A DNA stretch of 64,000 bases, taken from Lama glama (Eukaryota). The number at the start of each line of letters is the position of its first letter. The first letter of the stretch is position 1. Below, piece by piece: positions 48,828 to 60,534 of this stretch. The DNA is taken from contig CM052829.1 of NCBI GenBank assembly GCA_028534125.1, positions 3,782,001 through 3,846,000 on the forward strand. Direction: 5' to 3'. The notes below the pieces were generated by a model. The model saw nothing but the letters and a program-made list of their open reading frames with translations, ran no database searches and was not told the DNA's origin. A program made the position numbers and the translations under genes.

Positions 48828-49485
48828 GGGACATAGAGTTAAATTTCATTTCACATAAATAGTAAATAATTTAGTATAAAAATACCCCATGTGAAGATGG
48901 CAGAATATCTCACATGAAGGTATGAGAATGCCACCCCAAAATATATCACTTTGACACAAGGGTTATCTTGAGCTAAAAGAACCTTAGAAACAGTAGATGG
49001 AAGCAGGGCATTCTAATCTCCCCTTTTCTTCCTAAAAACAGGAGGTAAAAACCTCCGTGGGAAGGATGCCCTCCCTGCTCTAGGAGAGAAGAAACAGTCT
49101 TCCATGGGGACTCCAAGCTGAGGGAATTCTGTACCTTGTTAAAACAATCCTTGTCTTCTTTTAGCCTTTCTGGGCATTTTAGTTACTTTCCCACAATTGC
49201 CTCTCTGTTCAATCTGGCATAAAAGTATTTACACTTTGTCTCTCATTTTGATCTTCATTTCCTCTTGAAGGTTCCCGCGCCCGTAAAAATTATATAAATG
49301 TGTTTGCTTTTCTCTCGTTAATCTGTGTTGTATCAGTTTAACTCGCAGACTCAGCCCTAACACTTAGGAAGGAAGAGGTGAGTGTTGGCCTTCCTGCACA
49401 TACTTGCTTGAGACATACTTATGCTAAAAAAATGCGTTCATCATTGATGGAAAATTTAACTGGATGCCTGTATTCTGTTTGGTAT
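48828..49485. mobile_element. MER53 (hAT MITE) split by an LTR
   Basis: Left arm GTTAAATTTCATTTCACATAAA...TTAGTATAA; right arm GACATACTTATGCTAAAAA...AAATTTAACTGGATGCCTGTATT. Confidence 0.7.
48892..49398 (+). mobile_element. ERV1 solo LTR (MER34-like)
   Basis: TG...CA termini; GCCACCCCAAAATAT..ACTTTG..CAAGGGTTATCTTGAGCT motif; near-TSD CATG/CATA. Confidence 0.7.
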
Positions 49486-49949
49486 CTGCATGTGGGATTT
49501 TAAAAATGTACAAAACTTACTTGGAGTCTTTGAACTACATCACTCTGATAACTGGTGTCTTCTATTGATTCTGCGAATTTCTCAGCGAGTATCTCTCAAA
49601 ATACCACCTTCTTCCCAGTTTCTCTGTGCATTAGCATTCTGACTGAATATCTGTCAGGATTTTTCAGTCTCTGTCCTTTACACCTTCTAACTTCTCTTTT
49701 ATCTTTTTGTTTCTCTCTGAGTTCTAAATTTTTCATCTCTTTTTATTTCATTAATTCTCTCTCAATAACCTAAATTATTATCTCCCACGTATTGAATTTT
49801 CAGTCTTCATATTGTATTTTCTTATTTCTAGCCTTTCCATTAGATTCAGTTGCACATATGCTTGGTAGTTTCTTAGTCTCTTTTTCCCTTTCAGTCTTTC
49901 AAACCATTCGCTTAGTTCTTTAAGTACTGTAAACACAGCTGTGCCCAAA

Positions 49950-52250
49950 GAAATGCCAGAAAGCTGGAGTAGCTAGAAAGATGATGAAAGATAAAAGAAA
50001 TCATGAAAAGGGTAGAACAAATGGAAGTATAATGAAGTACGGTAGAAAGAATACTTAATTACATGTTATTATATAAGGTTTTAAAATCTGTAGTTAAAGA
50101 CAAAGATATATTTAATAAAGCACAAATGTAAATCATATACTATTTTCAAGATGCACAACTTACTATATAAGACCATCAAAATATTATTCTAAGATAAAAT
50201 ACCGTAAAAAATTTATAAAGACGGTAACCAAAAAGAAGCTGTTAAAATTATGTTAACAATCACAAAATAGTCTTTAAAGCAGAAAACACTATGTATTTAA
50301 AGCTGTCACATAACGACCAAATTTCCAATTTACCTGATACCTGAATTTCCATACATCTAAGAAGTTAGCCTCAAATATATTCAGAGGACAACAAGGAAAT
50401 ATAAAAGATCTGCCATCACAGGAGAAGATTTTAATAAAGCACCAAAACTTTGGGAGGTCAAAGAGACAGAGAGGATATGGAAAATATAAGCCACGTGGTT
50501 TCCAAATTCTTCTAGTGACTGTACACTCAGAATTGCGCAGCCAACAACTGAGGAACACACACTCTTGATAGATGTGTAAGGAAACTACATTTGCTATAGC
50601 AACTCTCCCAAAACTTGTCTTTAGAAACTGAAGAATAAATCCAGCAAAAGATATGCAAGCTTTAATAAAGAAAGTATAAACTTGTATTGAATGAATGACA
50701 AGAACTCCTAAATAAATGAAGTGACCTGCTCTGTTCTGTGCTCAGTGATAGAAATTAAGTCAATCCTGCCAAAATCAATCCATAGATCTAATCAATTCCA
50801 GTGAAAATTCTAAAGGAATTTTATTGGCTTTGATGTGCTGATTCTAAAATTTACAAGAGAAGGTAAAGGGCCAAAATAGCCAAATGAGTAAAAGGAAGAA
50901 TGAAGATGGTCCCATCAGCTATCAAAACTTATAAGACTAGGGTAATTAGGAGTATCGTGTCACTGCAGAGTTAAACAAATAAACTAAAACACAAGACAGC
51001 CCTAAAAGCGACCCATGTCCATGCATGCTGGACATGTGATCAATCAGATCATGGGGAAAAGAGTGGACGATCCAAAATCTGTTAGGGAAATGTTGGTTAT
51101 TCATATGGGAAAAAAATGGCTTTCCTATATAACACCAAATATAGGAACTTCTTATGAGATAAACTGAGAATAAAAGTTAAAATTTGGAAATTCAGAAAGA
51201 CAATATAAGTGAATGTTTTTTTTTAAATCTTGGATTCCAAAAGATTTCTTAAAAAACAAACAAACAAACATGAATTGATTTCAAAAAGCACAAAATATGA
51301 ATAAAAATAATAGATAAATTTGACTGTGCTAAAATTTAACTCCAGTCTGTCAAAAGATAGTATGAGTCAAAGCCATAAACTCAGAGGAAATATTTGTAAT
51401 ATATAAAACCAATAAATAAATAGAATTCAGAATACCCATAACATATAAACATATGTATATAAACAAAAACAGACACATTTTTTCTGTATATATACAGAAA
51501 TACACAGGGGATATGTATGTATATATGTGTGTGTGTATAGCTATCATATAAATCACTGAAATATTACAAAACAGCCAACTGGGAACCAGCAAAAGACTAA
51601 AGCAGAAACTTTGCAAAATAGGAAATAGGAATGGCCAGTAAAATTTTGCATACATATAAGTAAAAGCTGTCACTCTGTCACTATCGAGGGCTGGGGGATG
51701 GCACTCTTGGTAGAAGTATAAATTGGTACAACCACTTTGGAAAAGATTTTTATCAATATCTAGTCAAGATTAAAAAGCATGTATCTCCTACACTGTGATT
51801 CGATTTCTCCAAATGCTTACTCATGAGCAACAGGAGATACATAGAATATTCTATAGCAGCATGGTTTATAATAACAAGAAGCAACACCTTTGCTACATTT
51901 GCACAGCGCTGTGCTGCAGACGTGCTGCAGTACAGCGGGGCACTACACTGCAGTGATAAGTAACGGATACCAATAAAACACACCAATATAGATGAATCTC
52001 GAGAATATAACATAACATGAGCACAAATTGTAGAGAAAGTATATCCATTTATATAAAATGTCAAAGCAAGCAAGAGGGAATGGGATCTGGAAGGCAATTC
52101 AGAACCATCCAGCATCACCAGTGATCCTCTTTTTCTGAAGCTGGTGAGAGCGCACGCCACCCACATAACTGTGATTCTCTGCACTGTACCATCCATGCTC
52201 TGTTTGTATGTATCTCTTTACTATTTACTTCAACCCATATATTTGAAAGA
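49950..52250 (+). mobile_element. Old L1 ORF2 and 3' UTR fragments
   Basis: CTGATTCTAAAATTTA, AGTATAAATTGGTACAACCACTTTGGAAA, GATGAATCTC motifs. Confidence 0.75.
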
Positions 52251-53021
52251 GTAAGTATCAGGCTAAATGAGGAGAGAATGAGTGTGCTTCGGTTGTGAAG
52301 GGGAAAATATCCCTCAGAATGCAGGTACAGGGGGTGCTGACACAACGGGAGGCTTTATCTCCTGCTTTATTGTTATCTTGGGAAAGACTAAGTATGTCTC
52401 ATTACTGATGATAAGGATCCAGTAAAGAGTGTTAAGATACAGAAGAGCGAGGAGATATTCAGTAACATTAGGGTCCTGGGAAGATAAGAGGGCGGATCAT
52501 TCAAAGCTCAGTGCTGTCGCAGGGGGGTTGGTATTGAGAACAGAGTAAAGAGTTCCGGGAGGAGGCGGTGGCTGTGGCACAGACAGAGACCATGAGCGGC
52601 AAAACTTTACAGCAGATTTAAAAAAGCTTGTGGAAGACAGATGGCAAGCAAGGACAATACTGGACCACATCCTGTGGGAAGTAGAAAGGGAACAGCTGGG
52701 TTTCCACTAGGTGCAGAGCAGAAGGAAGGCCCACGGACGCGAGGGTGCGAGGGCTTCCGAGAACTAAGCAGGGGACGGAGGAGGAGCCCGGGAACTCAGC
52801 AGCGGGCAGGACCGTGGGTGCAGGATGGCCAACCAAGAAACAGCAACGTGGGGGCACGGGTGCCTTGATTTCCAGCACAGTGATTACCTGTGAGGAAAGA
52901 AAGGCGAGGCTGCCGTGCTAGAAAGCTTTCAATTCATTAAAATTAGAAACGATCTGAAGCAAACACGGGGGGAATGTCACTCTCTCTTCACTTCTGCATG
53001 ATGAAAGTGCCAACTAGAAGT

Positions 53022-53452
53022 TGTCACTTCCCATCTGCCTCTGCAAGGGAGACGCCACCAACCACTGCCATCGCTGACCATCAACACACCCTGAAAGGAG
53101 TTCAGGGCGGAGACCAGGAAGGAGGCGCTCTGTGCTGGGGGGGAAGCTGGCAGAACAGACCTTCACATAGTTACATGTTTCCAGGAGAAGTTTTTATGAG
53201 CCCAAAGTTTTGCATTTCCTCATGTCTAGAGAAGCACTAAAGGGAGACATCTGCTCCTCGTGACTCAGCAGAAGCTTCCGCAGGAATGTGTGTCTGATTG
53301 CATGTTATCTTCCTTCATCAGAATCACATACCTACTGCTTCCCTCCCTCTGCCTCTCTGGAGCGGATCCTCAGAGAGCTCTGAGATGTCCTCGCTTTTCC
53401 CCAAATGAAACTTGACCCAGAAGTCTCCCGTTGTGCATTTTTCCAGGAGACA
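53022..53452 (+). mobile_element. Complete ERV1-class solo LTR (cetartiodactyl lineage)
   Basis: TGTC...GACA termini with an exact 4-bp TSD AAGT (53018-53021 / 53453-53456). Confidence 0.8.
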
Positions 53453-55925
53453 AAGTGAGTGCTTCTATGATTATCTAACCTTAGAGAGAGATTTGGAATA
53501 TTTCTTCATGTAAAATATCTTACATATTACTTTTTATTTTTTAAAATTCAAACTGTGCAAAGCTTTTTGCATTAAAAGCAAAAACACTGAGTTAAGGACG
53601 TTGCACAAGCCAGGGATGTCCGGTGTCCTTTCAGTCATCGTGACATCACTGTGTCCATGAACTTGGAGCTTAACTATCACGAGGCTTCAGCCACCAGCTC
53701 CTCCCTAGTCTAATGGAAACCACTCCGTTTGAACCTTGGTTTCCAGAAAAAGGAGGGGATTGACCAACTTCTTTGGTGATGTTTTCAACAGTCTTTCACA
53801 TAAAATGGAGCTTGGAGAAATGAAAATGATGGAAACGAAAGATAGTCATCAGTATCCTGATGGAGGCCATTCAGACAATCACTTTAAAAACCCCCCAATT
53901 CTGAAAAGCACTCAGTGTGTCTATTGGCCTGTCTGAAAAGGTATATACAGGCTGCCCCTCTTGCTAAGCCAGAAGCCCCCGCATGCTCAGAGCTGTATTC
54001 CTCCCTAAAGGTGGAACACGAGGGAGCAGGGACGCCGTGGTCCCATCTGGGTGCTGAGCGAGGGCTGGCCAATAGCATCCCTTTGCCCCTTGGAGGATTT
54101 CCCTTTACTGTGCAGCATGTTGCTGTTACAGCCATCAATCTGAGCCACTCGATGGTAAGTTTAACTCCGGAGGTGGTGAGCTCTCTTGGGCAGTTAGTGA
54201 CATCTGAAAGAGTCCTCGCTCCCTTTTGGGTATTTTCTTCTACCAACATTATGAAGCGAACCCGCCCTTGGCGTCATTAAGCCCCAACAAAAGGGGATTT
54301 AACTGCAATCAGTAATTAAAAAAAAAAGTTTAATGGATAAGCTAATGGAACAAGATAACAGAAATTTACCATTGTTTATTCACTGAAAGAGACAAAAAAT
54401 TGTTGGGTTTATCATCCAAGGTTTGCATCCGAGCAGAGTGAGAGTCTCTTGTTTCTAAGCATGTTCCATTATTGGTGCTCTAAGTGGGAGTACAGCTCAT
54501 CAGGGAAGGTGACATGGAAAATGGACACTGAGGATGTTCACAGCTTTGGGACCTTACCAGAGTCAGAGACCAGTCTCATTCTTATCATCTCTGTATTACC
54601 GAAGTGAGAAGATATACAGATAGGAAAGACATGCTAAAAGTCCTTAAAGAACATATTCTTTATGTCATTTATAGTTAATATTAATTTTCTACATGGTAGG
54701 TGTTCTGGTGTTTTACTTCTGATTAGGATGCAAAAAGTCACGAGAAAAATATCCGTCACAACCTTGAAAAAATGCCAATAGTATTCCTGCTACATTGCTT
54801 CCGTCTAAGGGCAAGGGAGTTGAGGAAAAGCAGGTTAGTATGTGCCTAGAAAGAAGAGGAGAAAAGATCCAGACATCTCAGAATGAGTGGACTCAGGCTG
54901 GGTGAACGATGAGACACAGAGAAGCAAAAACATCATCGTGGCATGCCTGTCACAGTGAGGACACAAGGGGCTGTAGAGAGAAGGTGTTCTGGCCAAAGCC
55001 CCCTTCAGCTCCAGGTGTGCAGTCCCAGTGAAGCATCCAGGGTCTGAGGAAGGACCTCAAGTACTTCTGGAAGTCCAGGCGTGTCCAGCTGACAGAGGAC
55101 GACCACAGGGAGCTGCGGGAGACACGTCTGAGTCTTTCCACAGGTGCTGTTTCTCTAGGTCCACAACCAGGCATGTGCTGGTCCCGGGGCAGCCAGTGGT
55201 CAACAGGGTCTTCAGCTGGGAATGAGGTCTGGCAGAGGACGAGGCCAGATGGAACCTGGGGGAACCCAGTCTGCCTGCCAGGCTGTGTCACCAAGACAAC
55301 CTCAAGAGAAGAGTCCTTCACTCTGGGCACCAAGATTTCCATCAGTTCCTCTCTTGGCCCATGCTCACCCTTTAGGTTATGCCAATTGACACGGTTCCAA
55401 TTTTATCAAGTAGACACAGAATACATTGCCACAAAGTCATCTTTTTCTATGGGGTGAGGTCAGTCTGGCTGGGAACTTGAGATTGATTTTTTTTCAATTT
55501 TCTCACCAGGTAAAGGGTGTTCCTCATCACACTGCTAAAACTTTAAATTCCTCAAGTCCTCACAGGTACGTAACATAAAGAGCTCTCGTGCCTCTGAGCA
55601 CCAGCCGTGACGTGGTGGGTGTGAGGTTGGCATCCAGGGAGCGTGCAGCCTCTGCGGAGACTCAGCACAGGCGGCGCGAAGCCTGACCCGGAGCGGACCA
55701 GCCGCCCCCACCCGCCCCATCTGCTCCCCGCACTCAGGCCTTGGGCAGGGGACACAGGCTGATGCGTTCTCTCTAGCTGCTCCCACAGGACCTGGCACAG
55801 GGCTTCTTTCCAGAACCTGAATAGCATCCTGGGCTGAACAGAAAGTGTTAGCGCACACGAAGGCCAGCTCCTTCAGGTCGCTTGCAAAGCCACCTGCAGA
55901 CACACAAACCCACCCCAGGCACACG

Positions 55926-56044
55926 GGGCCCCGCGCTGCCTCCCTAAGGGCCCCACGCTGTCTCCCTAAGGGCCCCGCACTGTGTCCCTAAGGGCCCCAC
56001 GCTGTCTCCCTGAGGGCCCCGCGCTGCCTCCCTAAGGGCCCCAC
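55926..56044. repeat. 22-bp GC-rich minisatellite, ~5.4 copies (GGGCCCCRCGCTGYCTCCCTAA)
   Basis: Seen directly; no spacers between units. Confidence 0.95.
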
Positions 56045-56272
56045 AGCTCTTGTTCTCCAGTCTCCCCCGTAAACAGCTATTTCTGGACTAAGACAACTTT
56101 GCTGATGGTGTTTTCTTTTCTTTTTTTAACAACACAGTTTTTAAAACAAAATACATGTTTTGCTTTTGTTTTGCTAAGATATAATCCCTTATTAGACTGA
56201 TCTTAGTTACCCGCCCTTAGCTGTCAGTCACTTCCTGCATTATAAAATATGACACTCCTTTTGGTAAGGAAG

Positions 56273-56310
56273 ACACACGCACGCACACGCGCGCACACAC
56301 ACACACGCAC
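56273..56310. repeat. (CA/CG)n microsatellite
   Basis: Seen directly. Confidence 0.9.
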
Positions 56311-57959
56311 TTGGTCTCTGGCTGCACTCCTCTGATGGGTACCTGTAAAGGTGGCAGCTTTTTCTTCCTGAGGCAGGAGGTGAAACCATGGGAAAGGAGG
56401 TGGGGATGTAAACAAGAGGTGTGGTGTAACCACAATGGCGGGCCATGCACACTCAGGGTGGTGACAATGTCTCTGATTGGACAAGCACAGTGGGAAAACC
56501 ATGGGGTGAGGATTTAAGGAAATTATCAAAAGAACGAAACAAGGAACTTCAAGGCCCAAAGCTGGCAGGAACGGGCCTGTTCCATCTCCATCTGTACGAG
56601 GTACACTTCAGCTCCTCTGGTCACTTCTGAGATGAGGATCTTGACTGGAAAATGCCAGCAGGATCTATGTAGTTCAAGTCCTACCGTGTGTTTGTAAGAA
56701 GATTCTACTTGTCAAGGTGACCCTTTCTCCTTTATCAAATCTGCCTGGAAATGCACAATAGATCCAACACACACACAAAAAAACACACTTTTTATTCATT
56801 TGACAATGTTAAATGGTTCCAAACAGGCAGGGTGGGAGACTGAGTGCTGAGAAGGCTTCTGTTGATGACATCATGCAGTGACCATGACTCAGGCTCTGTG
56901 GATTTCAGGACATGGAGTCCAAGGTCACCTATGTGTTTTCCATCTGGCTAGGAGATAAGGAACCATCATGAAGGAGTAGGTGTGGGAAAACTGAAGTGAC
57001 ATTTTCATCACCTCCACTCCTGCTACACTGCCTCCATCTAAGGGCAGGGGGGTTGAGGAAATGCAGGTTTCTGTGTACCTAGAAAGAAGGGGAGAAGACA
57101 GATTTAGGGGAGCAGCCAGCTTTTGCCACAGAAGAGAAGCCCAAAGAGGACTGAGATGTACGATAAAGAAAGTACATGGGACCTGAGATTCTGTTGCAGT
57201 TGAAGAAGTATTGGGGGCAGATAAGAGCTGAGAAAGTTAGGTTGAGAATAGAGGGAAATAGATTTGAGACTAAGATTTCAGAAGTGGAATAGATCAAAGC
57301 CAATATAAGGATCAGGATTTGGGTGTGGAGTGTAGCATATGACTGGGGTCACTGATGTTGAAGAGAGAGTTAAATTCAGCAGCAGGAAAATAATAGTTAG
57401 CATTTATTAAGCATTTGCCATGCACAAGATGCTAAGACCTTTAATTGTATTGACTCTTAAAACAACCCTATTGGCTTGGGGAAAAAAATTGTCATTTTAT
57501 ATATGAGAAAAATAAGGCACAGAAAAATGGCAATTAACAAAATTACTAGAATGTTTAAACCAAGAAGTTTAATGCAAACAATCCTGAACTCCTAACCAGT
57601 GACTACAAAATCTGTGTGCAAGAACAGAACTTCAGGCAGAGAGAAAAGATATGCGTGTATGCAACGGCCAAGTAATGACCGTGCTGCTCCTTAAAACATA
57701 TATGCGAGCAAAAAGTGTGCATTTCAGCTTTCATCTGAGATGTGATTAAGACTATACTTTAGGGTGACAGTAGACAATTTTAAAATTTGGACTCTGGGGA
57801 AGAGCAGCTAACATTTTGATTGCTTATCTAGAGCATTAATTTTCCTAAGTTATAATCCTCTGGAGTTTCATGAGTTTGAATGAAGAATTGAAGAGTGAAT
57901 TTTGGTTTTTTGCTTTGTTTTGTTTTAGTTTTTTTGTTTGTTTGTTTTGTTTGTAACTT

Positions 57960-58755
57960 TTTTTACTTCCTGTATCATTTAAAATACAACTGTTGATGTA
58001 ATAATTATAAATCACCATTGGTGGATACACAATGTGTAAAAATGCTATTAGTTACAATAACCACGTAAAGGGGGTGGAGAGCAATAAAAATTCATGTATT
58101 CAAATTAATTTGCTATTAACCTGAACTGGACTGTCATAAATTAAGATATTAATGATGAACCCAGGCCAAATAATAATAAGACATATATGTATATGAATGC
58201 TAAGTAGTACATTAGAAAATAACTATTTATACATACCAAAAAAAGCAGTAATGAAGAAATTGAAAAATAAAAACAATGCATGTGAAGAAAGCAAATAGCA
58301 AATTGACAGGTATAAATCCTAACTTATTAGTAATTTCATCAAATGTAATGAGATAAAAGTCTCCAAGTATACATCAGAGAATGGCAGAATTGATTAAAAA
58401 ACAAATTTAAACCAATGATATGCTGTTTATAAGAGAGATGCTTAAGATGCAAAGACACAAATAATTTGAAAGTAAAAGGGTAGGAAAAGATGTTACATAC
58501 AATCAATGACCAAAAGAGCCAGACTGGGCCCAGGAGTATTGGAGAAAATGGACTTGAAGAAAAACAAATTGTTATGTGAAGCAAAGGACGTATTATAACA
58601 AAAAAGGGTCCATCTATGAAGAAGGCATAGCAATTATAAATATACATCTGACAAAAGAACTCCAAAGTACCTGAAGAGAAACTGAAATAATGAGAGGAAA
58701 ATTAGACAGCTCAAGAATGAGAGTAGGAGAACCTGGCACCCCACTTTTAGTATTG
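57960..58755 (+). mobile_element. L1 fragment covering the inter-ORF region and ORF2 endonuclease start
   Basis: GGCAGAATTGATTAAAAAAC...ATATGCTGTTTATAAGAG...AATTATAAATATACAT. Confidence 0.75.
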
Positions 58756-58799
58756 GAGTGTTGTGTGCATTTGTATGTTTTGTTTTGTCCTTAAGTAGA

Positions 58800-59585
58800 G
58801 TTTTGCATTCCAATTATCCACAACCACAAAACTCAGCAACTTAATGTATCAGCCATTTTATTTTATAGCATCGTGTGAGTTAGGAATTCAGGCAAGACTC
58901 AGCTGGGCTATTCTTTTGCTCCACGTGGTGTGCACCAGTCTGGAGGATGCAGGGCGAACTGCATCACTGTTACGGCCTAGGGGAGGCTGGGAGACTGAGT
59001 TCAGCTACCCTCTATGTGGTGTTCAGAAAAGGTAGTCAAAGTTCTTATGGAATCTCTGGGCTCCAAGAGACCAAAGCAAGAGCTGCCTGTCTCCCATCCA
59101 GATACGGTTTAACTGGGTCCTCTGCTCACAGTCTGCCCAAGGTTGTAATCAAGGTTTTGGCCACAAAGAGCTGGGATCTTCCCCAAGCTCACAAGAGTTG
59201 GCAGAATTCAAGTCCTTCCAATTGCAGGACTGAAGCTTTTGGCTCCAAGAAGCCACCTGTCATTCTCTGCCACGTGTTCCTCTCCACAATGTGGCAGTTT
59301 GCTTCCTCTGGGCCAAAGGGAAAACATCTCTGTCACTTTGAATCTCCCTTAAGAGAAAGCCTGGATTCTCTCAAAGGGGTGCACTTCATTTAGTCAGGCC
59401 CACCCAGCATAATCTGTGTTGTAATTAATTCAGGACCTACTAATTATAAATCTTAATTACATCTGCAAAATTTATTCATGTTTGTCATCGATGTTCTCAT
59501 TCATGAGGCTGAAATCTCATCGTATTCACAGACCAGCGAGTATATGGGTAGGAATCTTGGGGCCATCTTAGAATTCTGTCTGCCA
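58800..59585 (-). mobile_element. MLT1 LTR(s)
   Basis: CACAAAACTCAGCAACTTAA, GGGTCCTCTGCTCA, GTTGGCAGAATTCA, CTTAATTACATCTGCAAAAT, GGGGCCATCTTAGAATTCTG. Confidence 0.75.
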
Positions 59586-60534
59586 AAATAAGGAATTGAA
59601 AGAAAAATTACTCACCTAAAAATCTTATGTAGACGAGCCCGATGGTGTAGTGTAACAGTGAGGCCGGAAATGCCTTTTGGGGAGATCCTTCTAGAGAGTG
59701 ATGGGTGTTATTTAAGCCTCCTCTGACCTATGGGCTGCATCATGCATCCACAGTGATTCTGCATCTTTTAATTTGTGATCTTTCTGCCGTATCAGGTGGC
59801 CTAAGTTTCATGAGATTTACATTAAACAGAAAGGAGATACGGAAAAGGAAAAAAAGCATCGTTCAAAGCAGGACCTTGCGCTCTTTGTCTGGTGTTTGCT
59901 GTCATCGCTGCAGAGCCCTCTGAATAATGAACATGCTGTGGGCCACTTGAATTCCCAGGAAAATGCTGAACCCTAACCTCAAAATAGCATTTTATTATCA
60001 ATTATCTCTACACCAAATAGTTGCTTTGTCTTTTCCGTGTGTTTTCACATCACACATCACTGTCATTGCCATGTCCGTGCCTCTCTGCAAACTCTTAGAG
60101 TAGCTGCCTGAACTGGAAAAAAAAAAAGCTGCCCTGATGATTACTGCCATAAGCCAAGAACTATAAAAATATTATCGTTAGAAAGACAACAAGTATGAGT
60201 TTGATACTAAAGTCAATTCCACCTCGCACACGAGGAATAGGGCTGAGGAAGAGGAGGTGTAATTTGTTCAGGCTCAGACAATTTGAAAACAGCAGAGCTA
60301 AGAGTGAAACAGGCAGTCAGACTCCAAAACCCCTGGTCACATTCACAGACATCTTCCCCTCATTGTACTTTACAGATGTATGACGCTGAGCCCCGTGCAC
60401 GGGGCAGAAGGGAGCATGAAGCCACAGGAGAAAGTTTGGAGAATTGGAATTCTGTAATTGGAATCCTGGAGGAATGGAAGATACCAGAGAAGAGCTCTCC
60501 AATGTAATTCCTTAAAATATCCCTGATGCAAATT

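Noticed and set aside
55926-56044. CRISPR-like repeat array
   Set aside because: The units are adjacent with no unique spacers, there are no cas genes, and the context is mammalian.
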